In this document: positions 21,593-34,114 of the stretch, one piece after another
Layout of the letters: every line of letters begins with the position of its first letter
How positions within the stretch are numbered: the first letter of the stretch is position 1
NCBI GenBank assembly: GCA_040285825.1
Contig: JAUPSS010000001.1
Span: forward strand, 1,364,001 to 1,428,000
Source: Eukaryota sp. TZLM1-RC
Taxonomy: Eukaryota > Protista > Metamonada: BaSk clade
Direction: 5' to 3'
DNA length: 64,000 nt
Position numbers and translations under genes: made by a program
The notes under the pieces: generated by a model
Databases searched by the model: none
The model's input: the letters and a program-made list of their open reading frames with translations, nothing else
What the model was told of the DNA's origin: nothing

Positions 21593-23614
21593 TTTTTTTT
21601 CTATAGTCAACAACATCAATATATTTTCAATTTGGATTTCAAAAATGCTTTCAATTCTGTGAAACGTAATTGTATTTTTGATGTGCTTCTTCATGATTTT
21701 CCTGAACTTTCTGCATATTTTTATTTATTTTATGGAAAAAAATCAGACTTAATTTTTGACTCCTTTACCCTTGAATCTTCCTCTGGTGTAAAACAAGGTG
21801 ATCCTCTTGGCCCTTTGCTGTTTTGTTTGGCTATTCATAATATTATTAAAATGACACAACAAGATTTCCGTGATTTACATATTGTTGCCTATATGGATGA
21901 CATTTCTATTATTGGTTCTTTTGAAAGCATTTCTAGGGTCTCTGAACACATTGCGGCGAAATACAAAGAAATTGGATTAGCTTTGAACCCATCTAAATGT
22001 CTCTTGTTTGGTAGAGAAAAACAATCTTTGATGATTGGCGGAGCTCAGATTCCTTTTATCAATTATGACCAACAAGCTTTTAAGTTTCTTGGATGTTGGC
22101 TTGGCAATTTGGATGAAGTTTATTCCCAGTTAAACAATTTATTGGAGAAGTTTGACAAGGATCTTAGTTTTATTGCTGAATGTGACATTGAGAAACACAT
22201 CAAATTTTTTATTTTAAAAATTTGTTATTCTGGAAAATTCACTCATATTTTAAGGTCAACTCCCCCTTCGGTATCTCTCAATTTTTGCAGATGTTTTAAC
22301 AAACTTCGAGTCAAATTTTTTTCTTTTTTATTAGAAGTAAATGAATCTTTAATTCGAAGTCATGTATTTTGTTCAGCAGATTTGGGTGGCATTGGATTCA
22401 CCAAATCTTCGATTCTGTGTAAAGTAGCATTTTTGGGAGGTGGTAAAAATTTTGTTTTTGAATTTTTCCAAAGGTTCCCTTTTGATGTTCATCTGATCAA
22501 TGGTGAATCAAATTTTTATTTGAACCAACTTCAAATCGAATTAGATAATTTGCCTAGTGATATCTGGATTCAGTGTTTTCCTCAAAATGTTCAAGAAATT
22601 CCCACCCGATTACTTCCAAATTTACGTTTTTGCTTGAAAAAGCTTCAGCACCATCTAGTTAAATTATATGAAGGCTTGGATTATGAAGTAAGACCTGGCT
22701 TGGCCAAAACTGAACATCCCGCTTTCAGTAATTATTTAAAGGACATTCGTGATAGTTCTGCTGCTGCTTTAGTAACTCAAATTCCTTCTGTTTATGGACT
22801 TTTGTTAAAAAACAATGAATGGCTTTTAAACATGCGTTTTCGTTGTTTTCTGTGGCCAAATAATTTGCCCAATCATTTAACATGTAAATGTGGTAACCTC
22901 TTTTGTTTACTCATCTTTTGAACCGTAAACATTTCATTACATTTTAAAAAAAGTGCATAATAACGTCAGGTACCAAATTTATGTAATGTGCAAATCATAT
23001 CGTGTAGATTCCTTTTTAGAACCGCTGTTATCAAAATTAATTCTTGATGATCCCAATATTGATAGTACGCGTTACAACAGAGCTTCTATGGGTCTGACTA
23101 GAGGTGATCTTTTTGTTCCTGGTTTAAATGGTAGTTTTACTATTTTGGACGCCATGTCTGTTGACCCTTGTAATTCCTCTAACGAACATTTCATTAACTC
23201 GGATGTAAATAATCCTCTTCTTGCAGGCGAAAAATATAAAATTGTTAAATATGCGAAACCCATTTCCTCGGTTAATGAAAATTCTCATGCCCAATATAAT
23301 TTATGTCCATTTGTTTTTTCTTTGCTTGGATCTCTAGGTAAGGCTGCTATGGCTTTCCTTGAGGATTTTGTTGTAGTTGTAAAGGAAAGAACTGGAAGAA
23401 TTTTCAATCGTGTTTACTGGCAAAACAGGATTGTATTTTCTATTTTTAAGGGAATGGTAACACTAATTTCTGATTCACTATCTTCTTTTGGGAAATTTTC
23501 TGAATCTTTAGCGATTAATTGTTTTGATGTAGGGGAGGCAGGTTTTGAGGATGTGGAGTTTTAATTGTGTATTTCATATTTGTTGTTGAATAAAAATAAA
23601 TTAATTCAAAAAAA
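21593..23614 (+). mobile_element. 5'-truncated RLE-type (CRE-like) non-LTR retrotransposon with poly(A) tail and 9-bp TSD
   Basis: DFKNAFNS, QGDPLGP, YMDD, CKC..H zinc finger, RGD..D RLE. AATAAA plus A-run at ~23608-23614; ACTAATTAA at 21584-21592 and 23615-23623. Confidence 0.92.
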
Positions 23615-25615
23615 ACTAATTAACATATAAGTGAGCATAATCAAACAATTTGTTTGGTTAAACAATCTGAAATTCCACTGAACACCAATTTGTAATCAGC
23701 GCACAACAAAAAGCCGAACAACAGCAGTAAAAATATACCCAATGGTACAAAAATTCGTAAGAACGGGTAATTAGTACCTTCTTTCTGTGAAACTTCTGTT
23801 TGTTACACGATCAGATCAATACATAAACATTATTGACATCAAATATTTTGCAAGTATTGTAGGACCTATATTTGTGAATCTAATTTGTTGTGGTTACATT
23901 TTTTGACAAAAAAGCAAAATTGATGGAAATTCTGCTTCTCAAAATTATAGTTCTTGACATACCACCTGGAAAAAACACAGACTTTGCTCTGAAAAATACA
24001 ATACAATAAAACATGGAGACAATCGACACTTCATATAATTACATTTCAACAATAAATGACAAGCCAATATACTCAAGTTATAGTAGATACACACGAAAAA
24101 CTACAGAAGAAAGAAACAACTATCATACATGATTGTAAACAGCTTTTTTATAGTTCTATTAGAATGATGTTGAGTTAGTTAGAAAAAAAGTCAAAAGATT
24201 TTTTAGTCAACTGGCATAGAACCAACACTGCAGTTTCATTGGAGAGTTATCTAGAAATGAAAAAAAGCAAAAAACTAAGAAGAAGTTATGCATATATTTT
24301 AATATTGATTTGAAAACTGGAATTATCTGTCAACTTCACCACCAAATCATTTTGAACTCTTTCCAAATTCCTGTCACAATTTTAAAAAGAAAATCAAGTA
24401 TTCATTTCCACGTCATCTGAATTTTCTAAACAGTGATTTGATTATGATTTGATCTCAGGATGATCGGATGGTACAGTTTAATGACTGACACTTCTTTACA
24501 GCAGGGATACTTTTTCAAAATATTGAGCAAATCCAAAAAAATTGTGAATCTTGACCAGCGATATAAATGTATTCGATGACAAAACAACTGATGTTGCTTG
24601 CAAACTTGGTCTAATGTTTTGGATTCAGATCACATAGAACATTAAAAATGATTTTTCAATCTCTGTGCTATCCAGATTAAATGTGTGCATCATTAAGTCC
24701 GAGTAAATGGCTTTGTCCTCAAGAATTCGTTCTTAATTTTATTAGTGCGTTCATCAACATATGTTTATTAAATCAATTCTGGTGAAAAATGGGCATTGTT
24801 GTTAACAACCTTAGGTTGTATTACTTACATTATTGAAGATTTTTTAATATCCAAAGAAAATTGATTGATGCCAGTTATTTCCCACAAAAAGTCGCAAGTA
24901 AAGAAGCTGGAACATCCATTTTTGGTCTATACACCCCAAGTGTGGGGTTTCCATGCATCATAAATCCTTGTATAAACAGAAACTAAGAACCCAGGGTTTA
25001 TCACAAGGAACGGCAATAATCAGAGGAAAGTAAGTCTGTTTCTAGATATACAGGTGATGACGTGCCATCAAGTGAATCAGTAAAACCAATACCTAATTGA
25101 GTAACTGCATAGGCTACAAGCCTACACAAGGAAATAATTAGCGACATGTTATATAGAACTAAATCACCGAAGAAAGTAGTTTGGAGAAAAATGCAAGTAG
25201 TAATCAGTGTAGCAATTGTTGTTAAAGTGTGTGAATCAATGAAACACTTGATAGATGATGCTCCTCAATCATGTTTCATAATGAATTTTGCTGGTGTAAT
25301 TTTTGATTACTGTTGATTGCATACATATATTTGGCTCCTTCAAATACTGCACTTCATTTGGTTATTGTTTATCCTAGCTTCTTTTTAAATCAATAAAATT
25401 TAACAAATAAATTATCAGCAAATAAAAACAAATTAAAAAAATCTGCCAACTTTTATAAAACCGAGCTAAATTAAACAACGAGTTTGTTAGGAGGATCAGG
25501 ATTTTCGTTGGAGCTGTCTAAGAATTAACAGTATAATTAACAGCCAAAAACAAGGAGAAATACATCATTAAAAGTAAAACAATCTTCAAAACAAAAATGT
25601 TGATGAAACGATCAA

Positions 25616-26800
25616 CTAAAAAATGAAGCAAAAAAGAGAAGGTATTGCCATAATTTTGAGCAGTGACGAAATCAATAGAAACAACAGTGACGACACAATT
25701 TTGCCTAGTATTGTTTCTGGTTCGCTATCAACTTTCACGTCATTTTTGGTATCATTTGAGGTTCCAACTTCTTCAGCTGATTCAGATATATCTTTTTCTA
25801 CAGAAGCTCCTAACAATCCAAAAGGTGACGGCATAACCCCAAGTTCAATAGTCGCGCCATCACTATTTGATTTCACGGCAGGACCAGAGTTGGAAGCTAA
25901 GTTTTGGTCATTGTTGCACGATGTTTCAGATGCCATTGCACTTGGTGATTGGTGATCACACATGCATTTCAATGGGTTAATTTGACCGAATTTATATCTC
26001 AATAGAATTAGAGCTTAATTGAAAGCTTCTGTTCTAAAAGAACATTTCTTCGCCATTAATGGTAGAATCAAGCCCATGCCTGCTACATCGTCTATTTTAA
26101 TGTAATTTTCCTCGCTTAAATCACGGTTGTTGCCGGCAGGATTGTAAGGCATTTCTCCAACAAGCATCTCATAGAAGATGACCCCCAGGGAGAAATAATC
26201 AGCAGCAGCACCATATGATTTTCCCGTTGCGGACATTTCAGGTGGGTGATAAGGTACAGTCATGGCGGTTTGAAATGGGTTGGTTGATTTGGTTTCAAAT
26301 AGTGTAAGCCTGTCAAAATCACAGATGGCGACATTATTATTATCATCTAGGAGAATGTTTTCAGGCTTCAAATCACGATGTGCAAGATGTTGCGAGTGTA
26401 AGAACTGAATTCCCTCCACGAGTTGCCACAGGATCCTCCATGCATGATCCTTCTCTAAAGGTTTTCCCTTATCGAGTGTTTCACGTTGAGGAACCCCATA
26501 AATCATTGTAGTTAGGTTCATAGGGTAGAACTTCATCACAACATAGAGCTTATCTCCATCTCGAAAAGTATCGAAAATCGGGCAAAGGGATTGGTGCTGT
26601 TGCGTAACTGGTTTGATAGACTTAAAACGTCGTTCGTTCTCCTCAATCTTACGATGTATTATTTTGATGCAATATATATTGTTATTTCGAGTCGCTTTGT
26701 AGACTTCTCCATCAGCGCCCTCTCCAATAAAAACCGGATCAGAGTAACCAGGAATATCCACACCATGAACGTAGCAGGGAATATCGACAGAGAATGTCAT
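25616..26800 (-). CDS. Ser/Thr protein kinase with acidic linker and C-terminal hydrophobic anchor; single in-frame TAA at 26015-26017
   Basis: GEGADGEVYK, CIK, HRDLKPEN, DFD, YHPPE, DYFSLG. ORF 25616-26002 continues in the same frame. Confidence 0.85.
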
Positions 26801-27726
26801 AAAAATAGTTGAACACAAGAATCTCTAAGGGACCAATGAAGGAGAGACAACTTTTTGACAACTCAAAAATTGCATGTTTCTATCCATGCCAACAAATCTT
26901 CAAACTAAAACTTTAAACACTCTTTCCCACACTCACTGATTGTTGCAGTACCATTGGTCTACAATTATCATCAATATGAGAGTATGTAATCCTGTACATG
27001 TTTAAAGCACTAGTTGCTTCCGTGTTGTACAGTTTTTGGGGTGTTTCTACAATGGATTGTGTATGTTGGCTTGTCTTTTATTGCTGAAACTTATTACCTG
27101 ATTGTTGGTAATTATATGAAGTATCGATTGTCTCTATGTTGTATTTTTGCCCTGTATTTCTTGTATTTCCTTATCATCTTCAGCTTTGTTATCTCTTGGA
27201 CGCGTTTATGAAAGAAAAACCTCCAGTCAATTCTTCTTGGCTGATTTGGGTTATGAAGACATATAATTTTAACCTTGTCGTATAGTTTGTTTTTCATTGG
27301 AATAGATAAAAATTAATAAAAAAAAGTATTTCTTGTATATTTTGTATTTTTCTGAGCAAGTCTGTGTAATTTCCAGGCCAAGACTTACTTTACATTACAA
27401 ACTTTCACACAATATTCGTTTTAAAGCTTTCAGATGCATGAACATAAATTGAAAAGTGGCGCACATCCTACAACAAATTGTGAGGCATATTCTGACAATA
27501 CCTCTATCCACAGGCAATTCAAGAGCTTTTGGGACTAATATTCTGCATTTCGCTTATCAAAGAACTAACGACGGGAAGTACAGCTATTTAATATCCAAAT
27601 AAAGCCGCAAAAATAAAACCTGAGCAACATAACATTATAGCGAATACAGGTTTACTCACAAGATAAAGTACAAGAAATTTATAAAAAAACAAAATTAAAA
27701 AATATCAAGAATTAAAACCAAATTAG

Positions 27727-29439
27727 TCACAACTTCCTCAAACTAAAAAAGCCTTCAGCTCCTTCCTCACCTTGATAAGAAATAGCCAATCTAGCCCTTG
27801 CCGGCAAAACCAAAAAGTCAATACAAGTCAAACCAGTCACGTTTCCATATGATTGACCGCCCAAACTACCAACTCTACTAGCGGAATGATGAACCACATA
27901 AGAACTACTGTTAATCGCGCTCAACACGGGTTCACCATTAACTAAAAGCTGCACAGTAGGTTTCTTTGCACTAAAGAACCCAAACGAAACTTCATACAAA
28001 CCTGGCAAAGTGGCACAAATGGTGACTTTGTCCTTTTCCCATCTGAATACCTCAGGATCAGTATTAATCAACTGAACATTCCACGGAATACCATGGCCAG
28101 ATTTAGTCTTCCCAGACTTCCATACCCATCTACCTAGACAAAGCTCATGTACGAGAGAATTACTCAAAGAAGTGGTTAATTGCTTGGTTTCGTAAAACTC
28201 CGTCAGTGGTGCTTTTGAGCTGAGATCTTTGTTAACCTCGTTCAATGCGGTGTTGACATCTTCAATATTGGCCTTTAAATCAAGCAGGGAACAGACTTCC
28301 GTCGTTGTTGCTTTTTCTGGTAAAAGATCTGAATGTTCATTAAGTGTTTCAGAAAGAATAGACAACTGATTATTCATAGAGTCCACCTTTTCAGACACGT
28401 CATCAAGCTCAGAAATGCGTTGACTTAGTTGACTTTGCAGGACTTCAAGATTTGAGCTCATTGACTCAACAATGGTTGAGTCAGTTTTGGTTGATTGTAG
28501 TTCGGTTATCTTGGATTTCAATGACGTGAGAAGGTCAAAAATACCTTCAATTTCTGACCTGGCTGCCTGTAAAGCTGTATTTACATCAGAAGTTACCGCT
28601 TTCGTACTCAATGACGTGTCAAGTTCCTTCACCTTCCGTTCAAAAACATTATTATTGACCTTTTGACTAAGAGCTCTTGCCATATTGGAGTGTAATGTTT
28701 TAATATCAGATTGTATTTGACTTCCCAAGACTTCCAGACTTTCTTCCACAGCTCTCCTGGTCTCACTCTTTTCACAAAGCGTATCGGCCACGGATTGAAA
28801 ATGATCACGTGACACAAAACGTGTTGCAACGTCACCAGAAATTTGACTTTGTAATTGGCTTAATTCATGAGATAGTTCTTTAGATGTAATCAGATCAGCA
28901 TCCGATAAATCTTGTAATTTTGAATAAACATCTCCTGTGAATTGCCGGAAATCTTTTTGGGTGCAAAATTGAAGGGCTTGTTCTCCCAGTCGCTGTTCCA
29001 TTTCTTCCTTGCTTACCTTCTTTTGTAAGGCGTTACTTACGGCGAGTTTGTTGGCTTTCTGAGAAAGAGCGTCGTTGACAGCATCGATGGAAGCTTTGTC
29101 GTTGAGGGAGGTGAGGAGTTCGCTATGTTGGTGGGAGAGATGGTCACGGAGTTTGTCTATAGCAGTAGCGTGATCGTCGAGGAGAGAATTAATGTCAGAA
29201 GTGGAGGGACGAGTGTCTAAGGCTTTTTTAAACTCAGAGTAGGAGATCTTGGACGAAAGAAGATTATCAAGCTCTTCGAGTGTGGGTCGTTGTCCTAGTT
29301 CGCTTTCGAGACGAGCTATTGTAGCAGATTGTTGTGACACAGTTGAGTAAAGAGCAGAAAAGGCTGTCCTGACAACATCCTGAATGTTCTTCCAGTCTCC
29401 TTTGCCAGAGACCAAGTCGAACTCGTGAATGCGTTCCAT
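27727..29439 (-). CDS. coiled-coil protein with C-terminal C1q/TNF-like beta-sandwich domain
   Basis: 570-aa intact ORF with long heptad region (repeated L..KA) and a beta-rich C-terminus (PGLYEVSFGFF..VQLLVNGE..GFFSLRKL). Confidence 0.8.
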   Translation of the reverse strand: MERIHEFDLVSGKGDWKNIQDVVRTAFSALYSTVSQQSATIARLESELGQRPTLEELDNLLSSKISYSEFKKALDTRPSTSDINSLLDDHATAIDKLRDHLSHQHSELLTSLNDKASIDAVNDALSQKANKLAVSNALQKKVSKEEMEQRLGEQALQFCTQKDFRQFTGDVYSKLQDLSDADLITSKELSHELSQLQSQISGDVATRFVSRDHFQSVADTLCEKSETRRAVEESLEVLGSQIQSDIKTLHSNMARALSQKVNNNVFERKVKELDTSLSTKAVTSDVNTALQAARSEIEGIFDLLTSLKSKITELQSTKTDSTIVESMSSNLEVLQSQLSQRISELDDVSEKVDSMNNQLSILSETLNEHSDLLPEKATTTEVCSLLDLKANIEDVNTALNEVNKDLSSKAPLTEFYETKQLTTSLSNSLVHELCLGRWVWKSGKTKSGHGIPWNVQLINTDPEVFRWEKDKVTICATLPGLYEVSFGFFSAKKPTVQLLVNGEPVLSAINSSSYVVHHSASRVGSLGGQSYGNVTGLTCIDFLVLPARARLAISYQGEEGAEGFFSLRKL

Positions 29440-30092
29440 AGAGATCTTGGATTCGGAGTTGGTGTTTAGTTGAGCAGAATTTAATGTTATTTACATATAA
29501 TATTTTGTATTAAATGAATCTAATGGGACGAAAATCATTGAACCAAGATTTCCTCTACAAAATGTTGATCTGCTTATTGTCTAGCTAAAGCTTTTCTAAT
29601 TCGATTAAAAAACCGAGGTAATCTATTAATAATGGCAAATTGAATCCGAGAGCGCCATAAAAAATATCAAATCTTTTCATTGTTTTTTCTTGAACCATTT
29701 TTTGAAAGTCAATCAAAAAATTTCCTGTTTCTACTGATAGTCTTCCGTTTATAGAACACGAACAACAATAGAAACAAGTGGTCTATTTCTATCAGTATTA
29801 GCTTCTTGAATAACTTTTCCATATTTTCTATGTTTCTCTTTATATTCAAGAAATATTACAGGATTAAATTTCCTTCTGTGAACCAAAATGTCATTTGCAT
29901 CATTGCAATACACAAAATCAACGAAAAATTTTGAGTTCTCAATCCAATCGTGTTGTTGTTATTGATAAACTAACTTGGTAGACAGATGAGGAATTTACAT
30001 GATGACGTGGCACTTGTTCAAGAACAAGTATTTCTATTAATAAAGTCTCTTTTCTCTCTTTTCATTTTTGGTATTTCTGCCTAACGGCATCA

Positions 30093-30105
30093 ATAATTAT
30101 TGGCC
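30093..30105 (+). promoter_or_regulatory. conserved motif ATAATTATTGGCC at the primer-binding-site position of family 3
   Basis: Follows the LTR end ...GGCATCA (end defined by solo LTR 33972-34114); same 13-mer as in family 2. Confidence 0.72.
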
Positions 30106-30115
30106 CTCATTGCAT

Positions 30116-30920
30116 ATGAAATCTACACACGTACTACATCCGTCCCTTGCTTTTATGGAAGTGGATGATGTTCTGTTGTTCCTACAACAGTGGAAGGTGT
30201 ACTCTTCTGTTACACCGAAAAAGGACCTTGTTCCAGCAAGGCTCCTCGTTGACCCCTTCTTGTTAGAATCATTGGTTCTCACAAGACCTGGGGTCGATTC
30301 ATCCGATGAGGGTTTTCTGGATCATTTAAGATCCTCCACCTCGTTTTCCTTGTACGAGGAATTCAACTTGGTGATGTCTGAGTTGAAGGTTGATGTTTGT
30401 AAGGGCGACGTCCGTGAACGTATGTCCTGCTACCGGAGACGTTTTCTTCAGGCGAAAAGCAGGGCTTCCGGACTGAAACTGCCTGACTCAGCCTTCATGA
30501 TCAGATTCGCCAAGGGTATTTTTCCATTAGGACTGCAGAAATCTCTGATTTCTCGAATTCGGGATGAGGTATTCCCCGATTTTCCTACATTGGTGAATAT
30601 CGCAGAGGATGAACTACTTGATTGCACACGAATAGCTTCATGGAACAGGTCTTCAAAGACTGTTTCTGAAAATACTGACTCTGTGCGTCAAGCTGGTATG
30701 GAGTCTCGTTCATCCCATAGGTCTCGCAATTTGACTGAAGGGACATGTTTCAAATGTCATCAGAAAGCATCTAGCTCGTGATCGCCCCCCAAAAGTTAAG
30801 CACGAAGTAAATCATCTACGCCACGTGCCTCAGTATCTCACAAATCCCCTAAGCCAAATGGTTTACGAAACTGTTGAAAGCAAATGGGAAGAAATAGTGT
30901 TGTTGTTATTGATAAACTAA
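30116..30920 (+). pseudogene. gag of family 3 with frameshifted CCHC knuckle
   Basis: ORF from ATG 30116 ends CFKCHQK; the shifted frame continues HLARDRPP (last Cys lost) into the 3' LTR. Confidence 0.75.
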
Positions 30921-31344
30921 CTTGGTAGACAGATGAGGAATTTACATGATGACGTGGCACTTGTTCAAGAACAAGTATTTCTACCAATAGTCTCCTTTCT
31001 CTCTTTTCATTTTTGGTATATCAGTACATCACCTCTGTCATCAGAACCAAAATTATTAACAATGTTTCTTTCAGAAGAAGCTCCTTAATAAATGAGATTC
31101 CTGCATTTCGTGCCAAATTAAAAACAGTGGCCCTGACTGCATGATGTAAAGAAGAACAATATGTTGTCAATTTGGAACAATTTAAAGCATGATGTAAGGT
31201 GAGCTGCGAAGAATTAGAACAAATGCAGGTTTCTTTTAATGGAAGTTGCTCAATAGAAATATACACATAAAATCTCATTTTTGGTACAAAAACTTCATAA
31301 TATGCAGATAGCCCAAACCATCGCGGCACAATGGTGGTAAATAA

Positions 31345-31830
31345 TGATATTGTTGCAGAAACTGTTTTTCATAGTGTACAAAAAACAGGATTTCTGTGTG
31401 TAAAACACCAATCATTAAACAATTGAGGTTCCGGTGACAAAGGTGATGTCTACTGTATCCTTTATTGTTTCAGTCGATATTTTTGTTCATAGAAGAAAAT
31501 ATTGAATTAAATTTTGTAGATGTACTTCAATTCTATAAAATAAAACTATATAAAATAAAACAAAATAAAACTATAAAATATAATAATGATATTGAACATG
31601 CTGAAGAGAATAGAAAAAGCACCGTGTTTTTTTTACTTTTCAATTTTATATAAAAGTACATCTATTTAGTGAAGCTGAATTTTTTTTGAGTCGAGCTATT
31701 TGGATGGAACACTAAAAATAATGTGTTCATTGCACTGAACTATAATGAGTCAATATTGGTGGTGTAACATCTAACAAATGTGAGATAATCAGCCTTGATC
31801 TTGTGCTTTAGACAACTTCAAAAAAAGTGA
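31345..31830 (+). mobile_element. highly degenerate RLE-domain fragment, inverted relative to the adjacent copy
   Basis: GGTTCCGGTGACAAAGGTGATGTCTACTGT encodes GSGDKGDVYC; KYNNDIEHA matches KYDKEIEDA. Confidence 0.6.
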
Positions 31831-32192
31831 AGTGTATGTGATAAACTACCGCAAAACAAAAAATAGAAGGTGTAAATGCAAAAAAAGAGCAATGCACTGA
31901 CGACTAGGATGTATCCAAGCTATAAAGTGAGCAAAATCAACGAAGATCATCACATCACAATGGCAGAGAGAACTAAGAAGAGGGTACCATCAATCTGTAT
32001 CTAATCCAGTAGATCATATGTAAGGAGGATATTCTTTCACACAATAAATAATAGAAAAACAGTAGCTGCGATATTACTCCCCCCTGTCATCTACATCAAA
32101 TGACGCACCTAAGTAAGTAAGAATCTAAGACAAGATTTGTGTGAATGAATTGGGATTGAGGAAATCCTCTTTTTGGACTTCCTTCCATTAAA

Positions 32193-32679
32193 ATGTCTTC
32201 TGAACAAGAACGTCAACAAAACCGCAACGAGAAGAAGTGTAGAAAGGCTCTGAGCAAGCTTAACTTACAACCCGTGTCAGAAATGTCACGTGTCGTCATG
32301 AAGCACGGTAAGGACGTATTTTCGATCTTTCCTCTTATTGAAGTACCTCCTTGTGTTTGAAAACTGTGAAGTTTTCAAGTATCCCGAGTCCGATACATAT
32401 GTCATTTTTGGTGCCCCACAAGTCCAGGATCTCAACGCTCAACGTAGATTGCAGAACGCTGAGCAGTACAAAACAGCTGAATCTGCTCCAGAAGAAGACA
32501 AAGAAAAGACGCCTGTTGAAGAAACTGGCCCCGAAAAAGAAGTTGATGTCGGTGATCTCGACCCTGCCGATGTCCAAACAGTAATGGATCAAACACAAAA
32601 GAGCAAGGCTCAGTGTGTTACTGCTCTAAAAGAACATAACGGAGATTTAGTTGATGCCATCATGGCTTTAAGTTCATAG
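32193..32679 (+). CDS. NACA: nascent polypeptide-associated complex subunit alpha, 152 aa; exons 32193-32315 and 32344-32679, 28-nt intron
   Basis: QNRNEKKCRKALSKL, VFKYPESDTYVIFG, UBA-like DVQTVMDQT..ALKEHNGDLVDAIMAL. Removing the intron GTATTT...GAAG restores the frame. Confidence 0.95.
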
Positions 32680-33971
32680 AGCATGGGATGACGTTTTGTT
32701 TCACATCATTAAAGTCTCAGTTATTTTGTTTGCAATCTCATGTATTTTGATGTTGTTTTTTTTACATCTGTACAACACCGATTCACCTATTAACACGTCT
32801 AATCCACATGACACCATTCCTCTTCAAGGTTTACAAAAAAGATCTCTCACAGCTTTATATAAAATGAAACTTTGCTCTGAATTAAACACAACATAACCAA
32901 TCTAGTTCACTTATTCTTTGTAAGTGTTTCCAAACCTACAACAATGTGCCATTGCGTCACTTAAGTAAGTCATGTTAAACCTAAGTTATAACTACCAGTT
33001 TTTTGTGCTTTAATATTAGTTATGTTCTGAAGATAAAATGTTTGTGTACTGTCGTTAACACATTTCATAAATCTGGTAAGCACACAAAAATCTTAAGGTT
33101 TAAATAGAATAAAAACAACAAAACAACATTATGTCATTCACTGTTTGTCATTCCTTCTATTCCAACTGTTCGACTTACATCAATCAAAGAAATAGAGATC
33201 TCAATTTCTCAATGATAAGATAATTTGTCCAATAATGCAAAATCTCTTTACTTAGATGGTGGGTACTGCCAATAAAACCATCGTTGAACTTTGTCTATCT
33301 GAATGTCTTTTTTGCTGCCAAGAGGATATATGTTAGCAGTATGTCAAGATGTGTTAAAGGGTAATAGGATCAACCTTTCTCCTTTAAATCTATATTCTAT
33401 AAAAGTACTCACTAGTGAGAAACCTACAGTTTGAGACAATTGGAAAAGAAAGACCCATGATTGAGGAGAATATGAAACAGAATTTGGCCTGTGGCAACTC
33501 TCTGAAACTACAATGACGTCACAATAGCTGCTATTACATGTGACAATTATTAAACAATCACTGTCATCTGATAAAGAAACAGTGATATATTATCATTAGC
33601 GGTTTCATAAAGGTATTAGAAGACTGTGCAAGTATTAAATGAAATAGAATCAACAATATTGCAACCATATAAGTTTGACAGACTTCTGTCTTAGAGATCT
33701 TGAGATCATTGTTCTGTGAAGATAACATTCCATGATAAACTTTGGGCACTACAAATCGAAGAAACTATCAAATTTTAAAGTCTCAATCTTTCATTCTGTG
33801 TAATGTAGTGAAGTGAAACAGTGTTGTCTGTTCAACAATAGATTAAGATATTTCCATATAGTTCTTCTAAAACTGTAGAATATTCTACACTACCATATTT
33901 TGCTATTTTGTACAGCTTCAATTAAAAAACCGTCACCATAAGTTAACATCAATTTTGTAGTTGTCCATTTG

Positions 33972-34114
33972 TGATGCTGTTGGGCAGAAATACCAAAGAT
34001 GAAAAGAAGACAAAAGAGGCTATATTAATCAAGATACTTGTTCTTGAACAAGTGGCACGTCATCACGTGAATTACTCATCTGTCTACCAGCCTAGTTGAT
34101 CAGTAGGCACAACA
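33972..34114 (-). repeat. family 3 solo LTR (143 bp) with 4-bp TSD TTTG
   Basis: Reverse complement aligns end to end with 29951-30092; TTTG at 33968-33971 and 34115-34118. Confidence 0.92.

Larger units (their letters stand above)
29951..31023 (+). mobile_element. family 3 non-autonomous gag-only LTR element (1073 bp); LTRs 29951-30092 and 30898-31023
   Basis: Direct terminal repeats TGTTG...ATCA (3' LTR has a 14-nt deletion), purine tract GGGAAGAAATAG at 30886-30897, a single gag ORF and no pol. Confidence 0.88.
29490..31340 (-). mobile_element. 3' fragment of RLE non-LTR element (subfamily C), interrupted by the family 3 LTR element at 29951-31023
   Basis: 29537-29950 and 31024-31340 are collinear with 14818-15570 and split inside the RGDVYCDW codons. 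Confidence 0.85.

Noticed and set aside
11457-26017. TAA/TAG reassigned to Gln, suggested by single in-frame stops in family 2 and the kinase
   Set aside because: RPL4, NACA, the 570-aa, 627-aa and 2738-aa ORFs have no internal TAR codons. RPL4 and NACA end at TAA and TAG at the expected positions.
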